Notes under the pieces: generated by a model | Seen by the model: only the letters and a program-made list of their open reading frames with translations | What the model was told of the DNA's origin: nothing | Databases searched by the model: none | In this document: positions 1 through 8,843 of the stretch, piece after piece | Position numbering within the stretch: the first letter of the stretch is position 1 | Layout of the letters: each line of letters begins with the position of its first letter | Source of the DNA: Minisyncoccota bacterium | Lineage (GTDB): Bacteria; Patescibacteriota; Minisyncoccia; Phycocordibacterales; UBA2100 | Assembly (NCBI GenBank): GCA_035500505.1 | Contig: DATJXE010000006.1 | Span: forward strand, 30,037-94,036 | Direction: 5' to 3' | Length of the DNA stretch: 64,000 nt | Translations under genes and position numbers: made by a program

Positions 1-323
1 AGTGGGCCAAAGCCCCAGGCGAGGCCGGCCAACACGGACACGATAATGAATCCAACGAAACTCCACACGTAGATGACGCGGTTGCCGTGGAGGTCGCCGA
101 GCTTGCCGAAGACCGGTACGAACACCGCGTTGGTGATGATGTAGGAGGTCGCGATCCATGCAGCGGCCGTGACCGTGATGCCGAAATCGTTGATGACCTT
201 GGGCACGGCGAGGTTGACGACGGTACGATCGAGCCCGATCAGGAGCGTGCCGACCATGACCGTGGCGAGCACGAGCCAGGGATGCCCGACGAGGGAATTA
301 TTGGAACCGTTGCGCACCGCCAT
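1..323 (-). CDS. MFS transporter (DHA-type drug efflux), N-terminal part; gene runs off the window edge
   Basis: Reverse-strand translation from the ATG at 323-321 gives MAVRNGSNNSLVGHPWLVLATVMVGTLLIGLDRTVVNLAVPKVI...GKLGDLHGNRV, a typical MFS N-terminal signature. It lies directly downstream of two membrane-fusion-protein genes. Confidence 0.7.
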   Translation of the reverse strand, partial: MAVRNGSNNSLVGHPWLVLATVMVGTLLIGLDRTVVNLAVPKVINDFGITVTAAAWIATSYIITNAVFVPVFGKLGDLHGNRVIYVWSFVGFIIVSVLAGLAWGFGP

Positions 324-327
324 ACGG

Positions 328-954
328 TTATTGGGTGGAGATCCACATGCGAGCCGACATTCCGTTCTTGATCTGCGGATACTCACTCGTGTTAAAACGC
401 GCTTTTATGTCGAACTGCTGGGTGGCGCGCTGGTCTGAAATGTTGAACACGATGCCGGATTGGTTGGACGTGGGCGCGATCTCGTCGACCACTCCGGAGA
501 ATTTCTGGCCTCCGAACGCGTCGACCGTGAAGGTCACCGGATCGCCGACCTTGACCTGGCTCAATCCTTTATTCTCGTCGAGCTCGCCGACGACGCGCAG
601 TTGCGTCGGATCTATCATCGTGACGACCGGAGAACCGGCGTTCACTTGCGCGCCGACCGTGTCGGGCACGGAAATGACAATGCCCGCCACTTTCGTCTGG
701 ATGAGCTGGTCGCCCACGCGCGCAACGGTGTAGTTGGCCGGCACTTGGTCGCCTTCATTGACGTAGACGTCCTCAAGAATGCCGGGCGTCGAGGGCGAAA
801 GGTCTATTTCGGGCGCCTGGATGGAAGAGATGTCGACGTAGACCTCGTGCGCCGTCGAATACAAATAGATGAATCCGCCGGCGGCGCCCGCGATGAGGAG
901 CGCGACGAGGCCGGTCAGGATCCATGTGCGACGTGAAGAAGACTGTTGCGGCAT
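328..954 (-). CDS. HlyD-family secretion/efflux periplasmic adaptor (short form, N-terminal TM anchor)
   Basis: The 208-aa ORF has an N-terminal TM helix followed by lipoyl/beta-barrel-like HlyD motifs (VYVNEGDQV..., ...QLRVVGELDENKGLSQVKVGDPVTFTVDAFGG...). Confidence 0.7.
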   Translation of the reverse strand: MPQQSSSRRTWILTGLVALLIAGAAGGFIYLYSTAHEVYVDISSIQAPEIDLSPSTPGILEDVYVNEGDQVPANYTVARVGDQLIQTKVAGIVISVPDTVGAQVNAGSPVVTMIDPTQLRVVGELDENKGLSQVKVGDPVTFTVDAFGGQKFSGVVDEIAPTSNQSGIVFNISDQRATQQFDIKARFNTSEYPQIKNGMSARMWISTQ

Positions 955-955
955 A

Positions 956-2530
956 TTACTGTTGGGTACCGAAGCTTCTAATCTCGTCCGTAGCCGAGAG
1001 CCCGGAGGTTATCTGGGTGTAGCCGCCCGCGCTCGAAATGCCGACCTGAACGGGTACTTGCTGATCGCCGGAGGGTGTCTTCTCTATCACGAAGTGGTCG
1101 GTGTTGTTGGTGATGATAGCGCTCGTGGGAACGCTCAAGACGTTCTGCAGTGATTGCGTCGTTATCTTTGTGCTTCCGGTGCCCCCGGACTGGATGCGGG
1201 GATCGTTCTGGTCGAACTGCAGGGTGACCTTGTACGAGGAAATGCCATTCTGTACCGTCGCGGCCGGATCGACCGCGGTCACGTGCGCGGAGAACGGCGC
1301 ATCCCCTTGATAGGCGTCGAGCTGGACGTTTGCGGGATCGCCGACCTTGATCTTCGCGATGTCGGTTTGAGAGACGTACGTTTCGAACTGGAACTGCGAG
1401 TCGGATATCATCGATATCTCCGGCGTGCCGGCTGCCGCGATCTCGCCCGGCTCCATGTTGTTGACCGTGACCGTGCCGGAGATGGGAGCGGAGATGACGG
1501 ATTTGCCAAGCTGCGCTTTTGCCGCGTCGAGCGACGCTTGCGCGGCGGCTACTTGTGCCTCCTGCGCGTCGAGAGAATTCTGGGTTGCCGGAGCTTGTGT
1601 GAGTGCGAGTTGCGACTGTGCGGAGGCAAGAGCGGATTGCGCGGTGGTGACCGCCGTTGCGGCAGAGTTGATAGAACTCAGATCGGTTGAAATGTTCGCC
1701 CGAGCGGTCGCGACATTGGATTCATAGCCCTGGATGGTCGCCGTTGTATAACTTCCCGAAGGAACAGCCTCGGTGAGCCCGGTCGCTGCAAGACCGAGGT
1801 ATGCGCTGACTTGGTTGATATTGTCCCGCGTCTGCGAAGCGAGCGCAGCGGTGTCTATCTGGCTTTGGTCGCTCGGGAGCGCGGAGAGGTATTGCTGCCA
1901 AACCCCTAAAAGTTGCTCGATCTGGACTCGCTGGTTCACGATCGCCTGCTGGTCCTGCGAATTGCTGAGCGTGAAGGCAAGACTCGGGGTCGCCGTACGC
2001 GCGTTGTTAATGAACTGGTCTACCTTGTTGTGGACGGCGTCGTCGGATTTCGCATAGGCGTCTTGCGCGGCTGCAATGACGCTCTGTTTGGCCTGCGCAA
2101 GGGATGCTTGCGCGTTCGCGACAGCGGTCTGCGAGACGGCGAGGCTCTGAGGCGTCGCGCCCGCTTGCAGGGATGCGAGGTTCGCCTGTTGCACTTCAAG
2201 CGCGGCCTGCGCCGCATCGACGGCGGCCTGCAGATCGGCGCTCGAAAGCGCGCCGAGGGTTTGTCCGGCGCCCACGCGCGTTCCGACCGCGGGACCCGGG
2301 TTGGCTATTTTCCCGCCAATTTGGAAACCGAGATCTATTTCATCGGCGGCTTTCACGCTGCCGGTCGTATCGACTTCCTCGACCAAGGGCCCCATCGTGG
2401 GGTTCACATAAGCTGCGGAAGGCTTCCGGCTGCCCAGAAGCAGCGTAGTGCCGACCGAAACGACGGATATAACGGCGACAGCGCCGATGATCATCGGCGG
2501 CGTCAGATATGCCTTAAAAGTTGACCACAT
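956..2530 (-). CDS. Efflux-pump periplasmic adaptor (membrane fusion protein, HlyD/MacA-like with long coiled coil)
   Basis: The 524-aa ORF has an N-terminal TM helix, a long Ala/Gln-rich coiled-coil region, and a C-terminal beta-barrel/MPD region typical of membrane fusion proteins. It is 2 nt from the downstream HlyD gene. Confidence 0.75.
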   Translation of the reverse strand: MWSTFKAYLTPPMIIGAVAVISVVSVGTTLLLGSRKPSAAYVNPTMGPLVEEVDTTGSVKAADEIDLGFQIGGKIANPGPAVGTRVGAGQTLGALSSADLQAAVDAAQAALEVQQANLASLQAGATPQSLAVSQTAVANAQASLAQAKQSVIAAAQDAYAKSDDAVHNKVDQFINNARTATPSLAFTLSNSQDQQAIVNQRVQIEQLLGVWQQYLSALPSDQSQIDTAALASQTRDNINQVSAYLGLAATGLTEAVPSGSYTTATIQGYESNVATARANISTDLSSINSAATAVTTAQSALASAQSQLALTQAPATQNSLDAQEAQVAAAQASLDAAKAQLGKSVISAPISGTVTVNNMEPGEIAAAGTPEISMISDSQFQFETYVSQTDIAKIKVGDPANVQLDAYQGDAPFSAHVTAVDPAATVQNGISSYKVTLQFDQNDPRIQSGGTGSTKITTQSLQNVLSVPTSAIITNNTDHFVIEKTPSGDQQVPVQVGISSAGGYTQITSGLSATDEIRSFGTQQ

Positions 2531-2557
2531 AGATAGTTAGACGTTCTAAGTATTCTC

Positions 2558-2586
2558 ATCATACACGAACGCTCATGAAAATGCAA
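2558..2586 (-). promoter_or_regulatory. Sigma70-like promoter for the MFP-HlyD-MFS efflux operon (TTGCAT-N17-TATGAT on the minus strand)
   Basis: The reverse complement reads TTGCAT tttcatgagcgttcgtg TATGAT about 25 nt upstream of the ATG at 2530. A 13-bp palindrome TTAGACGTTCTAA sits between the -10 and the start codon. Confidence 0.5.
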
Positions 2587-2609
2587 GGAACCTGTGGAAA
2601 ACCCAAGGG

Positions 2610-3185
2610 TCAGAGGAGATACTGGGCGAACGCCTGCGCGATGAACGTCGCGACCATGGTCCCTGCCCATACGACACTTACCATGAAGGACAGTCTCCCT
2701 TCCCTATCTTCGACTTCGAACATGTTCCGACCGGACGCCACGTACTGGCCCGTCCGGGGCACCCAGACGACGACGATCGCCTGCCGTACTCCCGCTCCAG
2801 CCTGCCACGTGACGCGGTCTTCGTACGGCTCCGCCGTATCCTTCCCCTGGCTCGCTTTGGCCGCGGCGAATACCCCCTGCGGCACTGCCGGCATGTCCCC
2901 GTTCAGCTCCCCGGAAGAAACCAGCGGGGTGCCGGTAGCCGAATATATCGCGACCCAGGGCGCGAGCGAATTGGCGAGGTCGATCTCCGCGGGCGCGGAG
3001 ACGATCTGTTCCGGCGCAGAGCCGCCTGCCAGTTGCGCAGCGGTGTCCTCCGCCATCTGTATCTGCGGATCGTTCAGAGATTGGCGATAATTCTGCTGTA
3101 CCGTCCCGTACACGAGCGCGCACAAAAGCGTCACCGCGATACCGAGCGGGAGCCAGGAGACGAACGTTCGGGCGAGGAAGTTCAT
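2610..3185 (-). CDS. Hypothetical membrane protein (N- and C-terminal TM helices), last gene of the ABC-2 cluster
   Basis: A 191-aa ORF with clean codon structure, co-directional with and 30 nt downstream of the ABC-2 permease. Confidence 0.5.
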   Translation of the reverse strand: MNFLARTFVSWLPLGIAVTLLCALVYGTVQQNYRQSLNDPQIQMAEDTAAQLAGGSAPEQIVSAPAEIDLANSLAPWVAIYSATGTPLVSSGELNGDMPAVPQGVFAAAKASQGKDTAEPYEDRVTWQAGAGVRQAIVVVWVPRTGQYVASGRNMFEVEDREGRLSFMVSVVWAGTMVATFIAQAFAQYLL

Positions 3186-3215
3186 CTTTTGAATATACGC
3201 GACTCTCGCGCCTCG

Positions 3216-3962
3216 TCAAATCTGTATCCTGCTGAAGAAGTAGCTTCCCAATCCGAGAAATACCGCCGCCACGGCCGCGAGAACTGCGATATCGAGGGGA
3301 AGGCCGTATGCGGTCTGTCCGATGAGAATGAGGCGCATCGCGTCGATGCCGTAGGAGAGCGGATCGAAGTGCGCGATAAGCTGGAGGAGCGCCGGCGCTT
3401 GCGCGAGCGGAAAGATGGCACCCGAGAGGAAAAAGAGCGGCATGACCAGAAAGTTCATGATGAGTTGGAACCCTTGCATATCGCGCAGAAGCGAAGCGAC
3501 CATCATGCCGAGCGCGGAAAAAAGCGTCGCGATCAAGAGCATGATGAGTATCGCGAACGGCACGAGCGCCCAGTTGTCGGGATGGAATCCGACGAAGAGC
3601 GTAAGGAACAGCACAAGGCATCCCTGCAGTGTCGCGACCGTGGCGCCGCCCAAGGTGCGGCCGAACATGATGGAAAGCCTTGAAACCGGCGCGACGAGCG
3701 TTTCTTTGAGAAAACCGAACTGTCGGTCCCAAATGACCTGCATTCCGTTGAAGATGGAAGTGAAGATGATGGTCATCCCGATAATGCCCGGCGCGAGGAA
3801 CTCGATGTAGTTCCCCTGCCCCGCCGCCTGGAATACGCTCCCGAGCCCGTAGCCGAGTGCGAGCAAAAAGAGAAGCGGCTGGCCCAAGGAGCCCACGATG
3901 CGGGATTTCGAGCGGATGAACCGCTTCAACTCCCGAAGCCACATGACATAGACAGCCATCAT
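3216..3962 (-). CDS. ABC-2 family transporter permease
   Basis: The 248-aa polytopic membrane protein (MMAVYVMWLRELKRFIRSKSRIVGSLGQPLLFLLALGYGLG...) has an ABC-2 type signature. Its start is 1 nt from the stop of the ATPase gene. Confidence 0.8.
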   Translation of the reverse strand: MMAVYVMWLRELKRFIRSKSRIVGSLGQPLLFLLALGYGLGSVFQAAGQGNYIEFLAPGIIGMTIIFTSIFNGMQVIWDRQFGFLKETLVAPVSRLSIMFGRTLGGATVATLQGCLVLFLTLFVGFHPDNWALVPFAILIMLLIATLFSALGMMVASLLRDMQGFQLIMNFLVMPLFFLSGAIFPLAQAPALLQLIAHFDPLSYGIDAMRLILIGQTAYGLPLDIAVLAAVAAVFLGLGSYFFSRIQI

Positions 3963-3963
3963 A

Positions 3964-4764
3964 TTATCGTCTTCCGCTCCACGCGCCGCGGTGTTGGCGC
4001 ATCCTGTCCAGCGAGGAGCCGGCTTCTTCCCGTATTTCCTTGCCGGTCAATGCGAGGAACGCCGCCTCGAGCGAATTCGTATTGGTCTGCTTTTTAAGTT
4101 CCGTGCCAGAACCGACGGCGATGATGGTGCCGTGGTCGATGATGGCAATGCGCTCGGCGTTGCCATCGGCCTCCTCCATGTAGTGCGTCGTGAAAAAGAC
4201 CGTGACGCTTTCTTCTTTGTTGAGTTTGTGGAGGTACTCCCAAATGTGGTTGCGCGTCTGCGGATCCAAGCCCAATGTCGGCTCGTCGAGGAATATTATT
4301 TTCGGATGGTGCAGAAGCCCGCGCGCGACCTCCAGTCGCCGCTTCATCCCGCCGGAAAAATCACGAACATAGCTCTGCGCGCGATCATCGAGTTCGACGA
4401 ATTTCAACAATTCCGTGACGCGCGAGCGACGGATCGCGGCCGGGACGCCGTAGAGGATGCCGTGGAAATCCATATTTTCGTAAGCGGTAAGGTCGTCATC
4501 GAGCGACGGGTCCTGGAACACGATGCCGAAAGAACGACGCACCTCGTCGGGCTCTTGCACCGGGTCGTGCCCGTCGACCATGATCGAACCCGAGGTCGGC
4601 GACAGGAGCGTGGTCAGCATCTTGATGGTCGTCGACTTTCCGGCGCCGTTGGGGCCGAGGAACGCGAAACGCTCGCCTTTGGCGACGTTGAAAGAAATGC
4701 CTTTTACCGCCTCGAAATCACCAAAGGATTTCTTGAGGTTCTGTACGTCGATGATGTTAGCCAT
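3964..4764 (-). CDS. ABC transporter ATP-binding protein
   Basis: Walker A GPNGAGKST, ABC signature FSGGMKRRL, and Walker B IIFLDEPTLGLD are present. The likely start is MANIIDVQNLKK at 4764; the track ORF extends upstream to 4806. Confidence 0.9.
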   Translation of the reverse strand: MANIIDVQNLKKSFGDFEAVKGISFNVAKGERFAFLGPNGAGKSTTIKMLTTLLSPTSGSIMVDGHDPVQEPDEVRRSFGIVFQDPSLDDDLTAYENMDFHGILYGVPAAIRRSRVTELLKFVELDDRAQSYVRDFSGGMKRRLEVARGLLHHPKIIFLDEPTLGLDPQTRNHIWEYLHKLNKEESVTVFFTTHYMEEADGNAERIAIIDHGTIIAVGSGTELKKQTNTNSLEAAFLALTGKEIREEAGSSLDRMRQHRGAWSGRR

Positions 4765-4823
4765 TGTGTTGGGGCACAGTATACACTTCCGCGAAAATTT
4801 CGCCAAGATTCATGTGCCTCAGA

Positions 4824-4973
4824 TCAGATCGGATTTCGGCCTTGAATAATGCGTATAAGGACGAGGATGATAGCGATCACGAGGAGCACGTGAATAAAGC
4901 CGCCTATCGTGTACGCGGTGATGATCCCGAGAAGCCACAAAATGACGAGGATAGCAGCGATCGTGAGTAACAT
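4824..4973 (-). CDS. Small membrane protein (lmo0937-like family, 49 aa)
   Basis: Reverse-strand translation gives MLLTIAAILVILWLLGIITAYTIGGFIHVLLVIAIILVLIRIIQGRNPI*. It falls below the ORF-track size cut-off and sits in an otherwise empty 230-bp intergenic gap. Confidence 0.45.
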   Translation of the reverse strand: MLLTIAAILVILWLLGIITAYTIGGFIHVLLVIAIILVLIRIIQGRNPI

Positions 4974-5039
4974 ACGAGAAAAACGTAATGAATTACTAAG
5001 CTCATATTTTCAGATGAACTCTATGAAAACGGAGTGAAC

Positions 5040-5681
5040 TTAGCCGAGATGCGCGTGGTCGTTCCAGACCAGAAGCCACCAGCTCCGATGCGGATCGCTG
5101 GGGTCGTATTTGAGGACCGAGATACCGGTGTTCCGCGTTCTCCATCCCCACTCGAATGGCGCAAAGTCGTTAGCCGTCATGTTTTCGCCATACAACATGC
5201 GCGCAATGAGCATTTTCGTAAAAAATCCGTGCCCGACGACCAGAATGTCCTCTTCCGAACGCTGCTCGAGGAATCGCAACGCTTGTCCCGCGCGCTCTTT
5301 CATTTCTTCGAACGTCTCCGTGCCTTCTACTTTCTCGCTCCCGGGCTCGCACGAGGACCGTACTGCCGTGTCGTAGAGCTTTTTCGCGTCCGGATCGGAC
5401 CTCGACTTTCCCACCAAAGACGTGGGCATCGTGCGTTCAGTGAAAAGTTCACTGTATTCGATCGGGTGTCCGGTTTCTTTCACTATCATCTCGGCCGTCT
5501 GTTTCGTCCGTTCGAACGGGCTCGCGATAATGACATCGAACGTCAGCTTCTTCGCGCGTTTTGCCAGGTAGCGCGACTGTTCTTTGCCCAACTCGGTCAG
5601 GGGCGGCGGCGCGTCGTACATGAACGCGCCGCTCACGTTTATCTCACTTTCGCCGTGCCGCACGAGGTAGATGGTTTTCAT
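5040..5681 (-). CDS. Histidine phosphatase family protein (phosphoglycerate-mutase-like)
   Basis: It begins MKTIYLVRHGESEIN, which is the RHG catalytic motif, and is 213 aa long. Confidence 0.75.
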   Translation of the reverse strand: MKTIYLVRHGESEINVSGAFMYDAPPPLTELGKEQSRYLAKRAKKLTFDVIIASPFERTKQTAEMIVKETGHPIEYSELFTERTMPTSLVGKSRSDPDAKKLYDTAVRSSCEPGSEKVEGTETFEEMKERAGQALRFLEQRSEEDILVVGHGFFTKMLIARMLYGENMTANDFAPFEWGWRTRNTGISVLKYDPSDPHRSWWLLVWNDHAHLG

Positions 5682-5690
5682 TCTCCCATC

Positions 5691-6929
5691 TTACAGCACG
5701 AACCTGCCGTCCTTGTAGATGATTTTCGTTCTGCCGTTCTTTAGATGCGCGGTCACGGTGCGCTTGGTCGTCGAAATGATGTCGGTGTGGACCGAAGAGT
5801 CGTTGAAGCCGAGCCGCTCGGCTTCTTTGGTCGTGAGTTTCGAAACGTCGCCCGCGTAGGTGTCGCGATAGCTCATGCCGAGCGCCATGTGCGTATTGCC
5901 GTACGTGCCGCCCATATTCTCGTCGAAGAGCGTTTCTGCCATGAACTTCGTGATGCGCGAGTGGCGGCTGTCGGTGAGCGAGTATTCTCCCACTTTGTCC
6001 GCATTCTTCGTCGCTATCATTTGTTTGAGAAGTTTTTCATTGGTCTTCGCGGAGCTTTTTACGACGCGACCATTTTTGAACCATAACTGAATGCCGGTGA
6101 TCTTGTTCGAATAACGGTAGAGCGGCTGGTTGAAACGTATCCAGCCGTTCGTACCGCGCCAATCGGGTGAGGTGAATATCTCGAAACTCGGGATGTTGCG
6201 CCCGGAACCCGCATGCCATGCGCGCTTCTCGCCGAGCGTGAACCAAATGTCCATATCGGGACCGACCGCGTGGAGCTTGTCTATCTTCGGCGAGAGCTTG
6301 TTCAAACGGCTTCGGTATTTCTCGATATCGCGGTACACCTGTTTCCATTTTTTTATTGGATCTTTTTCATCGAGAAAACAGGCTTTGATTATCTGGTCCC
6401 AGTATGCCTTTTCGGAAAGTCCCGCTTCGCGCGCCATCGCAGGGGTGCCGTACATGGCGATGGTCCAGGTGAATTTGCCTTTCCATTCCTTCTGATTCAG
6501 CCAGTCTTTGAAGGGCTTGAGGGTCACTCCGCGCTGCATGATCTTCTTCGGGTCGATACCTTTGAGCGCATGCGGGTCGGCATCGGCAAGGATATAGATC
6601 GAGTGGTCGATCTGCGCGGCGAGACCTTTCAGGTATGCTTCCGGGAAGAACGTTATCTGATGGTCCTGCGCGTGTTCGTAGAAAAAACGAGTGAAGCTCT
6701 CCGCGCGACGCTTGTCGCCTTGCTCGTCATCCGGTGCGTAATTCGATATCACGTGGCCGCCCGCGAGCACGATGGCGTTGCAGACCGCATTAAAGAGCGG
6801 TTTCGCAGACTCCGAGGAAGAAACGCGCACAACGTCGCCTTTTCGTATCCCGTTGCCGCCACCGAGCGCGAAGTTGACCAACACGTCCGCGTACTTTTTT
6901 AAGATTTTTTCATCAGGTGTGTATGACAT
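5691..6929 (-). CDS. Aminopeptidase, M29 (AmpS/PepS thermophilic metalloprotease) family
   Basis: About 410 aa. KYADVLVNFALGGGNGIRKGDVVRVSS...PLFNAVCNAIVLAGG matches the M29 N-terminus. The probable start is MSYTPDEK; the track ORF begins at 6977. Confidence 0.65.
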   Translation of the reverse strand: MSYTPDEKILKKYADVLVNFALGGGNGIRKGDVVRVSSSESAKPLFNAVCNAIVLAGGHVISNYAPDDEQGDKRRAESFTRFFYEHAQDHQITFFPEAYLKGLAAQIDHSIYILADADPHALKGIDPKKIMQRGVTLKPFKDWLNQKEWKGKFTWTIAMYGTPAMAREAGLSEKAYWDQIIKACFLDEKDPIKKWKQVYRDIEKYRSRLNKLSPKIDKLHAVGPDMDIWFTLGEKRAWHAGSGRNIPSFEIFTSPDWRGTNGWIRFNQPLYRYSNKITGIQLWFKNGRVVKSSAKTNEKLLKQMIATKNADKVGEYSLTDSRHSRITKFMAETLFDENMGGTYGNTHMALGMSYRDTYAGDVSKLTTKEAERLGFNDSSVHTDIISTTKRTVTAHLKNGRTKIIYKDGRFVL

Positions 6930-7026
6930 GCGGTGTAGAGTACTCGGCGGCGGCTCTTTTGTCGAGACAACGTACAAAACGCCCCGAGGGGGCGTTTTGT
7001 GCTGCGTCCAGTCGAAAAAATGTTCT

Positions 7027-7713
7027 CTATTGAGCGGAGTACGCGTTCGCTTCCGTCTGTAAAGCGGCGCCTAGTGTTGAAGCATCGACGGACGCGCCTG
7101 CGGCCGCGACCGTCGCCACCAATTCGGACGTGAACGCGCTTCCGCCGCCGTCGGCTATCACGAGAAACTCGGTCGTCGAGAGCGGGACGATGGTCGTGTC
7201 GAAGCGGGCGCCCGTGTGCAGCATGGGCAATCCCCCTACGGTCGTTTGGGATACGTCAGCCGTCGTGGTCGCGCCATTGCCTGCCGGAGAACCTTCCGGA
7301 TACGCGCGCATCCACGTGCCGCTCGAAGCATCGTAGAAATACTTCGTCTGCGCGATGGGGCTCGCGTGGCCATTCGGCTCGTCAGTGATGGTGCTTTGCG
7401 GCGAGGTCACGACGGCGACGTACGTGCCGCCCGGAGTTCCGACCTGCAAACGCTCGACTTCGGTACCGCCGGGGAAGGCCGTGCTGTCGTTCGTCGTCGA
7501 AGCGGTGACCGTCAGCGCGCTCGGGTACCAGAACGAGAAGCCATACGTGGGATCGGTATATTCCGTCATGCCGTACGTATCGGCCGGAGTCGAAGTCGCT
7601 GTCGTACCCGGCATCGTTTGCGTAGGCGCACTCATGTTCGTCCATAGGTACCAGCCGCCGGCAATAATGATAACGATCGCGATGAGCCAAAGAAGTGTTT
7701 TCATGGAGTTCAT
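7027..7713 (-). CDS. Hypothetical membrane-anchored secreted protein
   Basis: MNSMKTLLWLIAIVIIIAGGWYLW is a signal/anchor, followed by a Thr/Gly-rich extracellular region. Confidence 0.5.
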   Translation of the reverse strand: MNSMKTLLWLIAIVIIIAGGWYLWTNMSAPTQTMPGTTATSTPADTYGMTEYTDPTYGFSFWYPSALTVTASTTNDSTAFPGGTEVERLQVGTPGGTYVAVVTSPQSTITDEPNGHASPIAQTKYFYDASSGTWMRAYPEGSPAGNGATTTADVSQTTVGGLPMLHTGARFDTTIVPLSTTEFLVIADGGGSAFTSELVATVAAAGASVDASTLGAALQTEANAYSAQ

Positions 7714-8537
7714 TGCACGTTCGTCGTGCTGGATGCAGAAGCGTTGACGTTCCAGGACGCTATCGCTTTCACGATGGAGCCTGCGTCCTGCCGCGCCGTC
7801 TTCAGGTCGGCGAGCGACGCTTTGATGTCGGCTGCCGCGTTCTTGAGTGCGGTTTTATTGGATGCGGCGACGGTCGCGTCCCCTTGGTCAGGCTGGAGAT
7901 TTGCGACGAGCGAAACGGCCGCTTGCGCCTGCGTGTTGGCGTCGGCGATCTTCGCGTTCATGTCGGAGAGCGATTCGTTCACCTGCGTCGTGTCGGTGCC
8001 CGCGGGCGCCTGCGAGATGCGCGTCTGGAGCTTTCCACTGAGCGTCGTGTAGTTCGTTGCGACGGTTTGTATCTTATCGGCTGCAACCTCGATGCGTCCC
8101 TGCGGAATGACGAGGAGGAAGATGCGGTAATCCTTCGTGATGGACTGGATGTCTGCCTTGAGCGTCGCGAGATCGGTGTCGGCGTCGATCTTCGCCTGGA
8201 GCGTCGTGAGGTTCGAGGTCTCGCTCTGCACTTCGGCTGCGATGGCGGATTTCTCGCTCGCCGAAACCCGCGCCATGGCCTGCACTTTCGTGTTGAGGTC
8301 GGTGAGAATGGTGGTGCGGCGTGTTATTTCTTGGTCCGCACGACTTTTGCCCAACGTGATGCGCGCCTGCACGTTCGTGGAAACGCTGGTCGAACCAACG
8401 TTCGCATTAACGGTAGCGCCAACGTTCGCGGCAAGCGCCGCAGCGGAGGAAGCGACAAGGAGCGTCGCGAGGGCGGAAGTTACCGCAAGTGTCGTTTTGA
8501 TGTTCATATTATTCGGTCTGTTGTACGGGCTGGTCAT
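7710..8537 (-). CDS. Hypothetical secreted Ala/Thr-rich protein (signal peptide)
   Basis: An internal start MNIKTTLAVTSALATLLVASSAAALA near 8507 gives a classic signal peptide. The rest is low-complexity coiled-coil-like. Confidence 0.5.
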   Translation of the reverse strand: MTSPYNRPNNMNIKTTLAVTSALATLLVASSAAALAANVGATVNANVGSTSVSTNVQARITLGKSRADQEITRRTTILTDLNTKVQAMARVSASEKSAIAAEVQSETSNLTTLQAKIDADTDLATLKADIQSITKDYRIFLLVIPQGRIEVAADKIQTVATNYTTLSGKLQTRISQAPAGTDTTQVNESLSDMNAKIADANTQAQAAVSLVANLQPDQGDATVAASNKTALKNAAADIKASLADLKTARQDAGSIVKAIASWNVNASASSTTNVQ

Positions 8538-8802
8538 TGAAACTTTGGTCGACCGATGCGGAATCCTGGCTCGCCGCGTTCGTCTGCGAATCGAGTGTGT
8601 TCAGGTCCGCGTTGAGGTCGGCATTGGACTCCCCGCTCGAAAGCGCTTGCTGCGAAGCGGGTGCCTGGCTCGGCGCTTGGGAAACGCCGGAAGTCTGTTC
8701 GGGCGCCGGCTGCGGAGAGACGGATTGCTCGCTCCAGACATACCACACCCCGAGGATGATAAGAAGGATAACGATGATCCACACGATCGCTTTGGTGGAC
8801 AT
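8509..8802 (-). CDS. Small membrane-anchored protein (hypothetical)
   Basis: MSTKAIVWIIVILLIILGVWYVW is a TM anchor, followed by a Gln/Ser/Pro-rich tail. It directly abuts the downstream gene. Confidence 0.45.
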   Translation of the reverse strand: MSTKAIVWIIVILLIILGVWYVWSEQSVSPQPAPEQTSGVSQAPSQAPASQQALSSGESNADLNADLNTLDSQTNAASQDSASVDQSFNDQPVQQTE

Positions 8803-8843
8803 ACTGCTTATTTTATTGATGAACGGATAATGTTGTGTAAATC

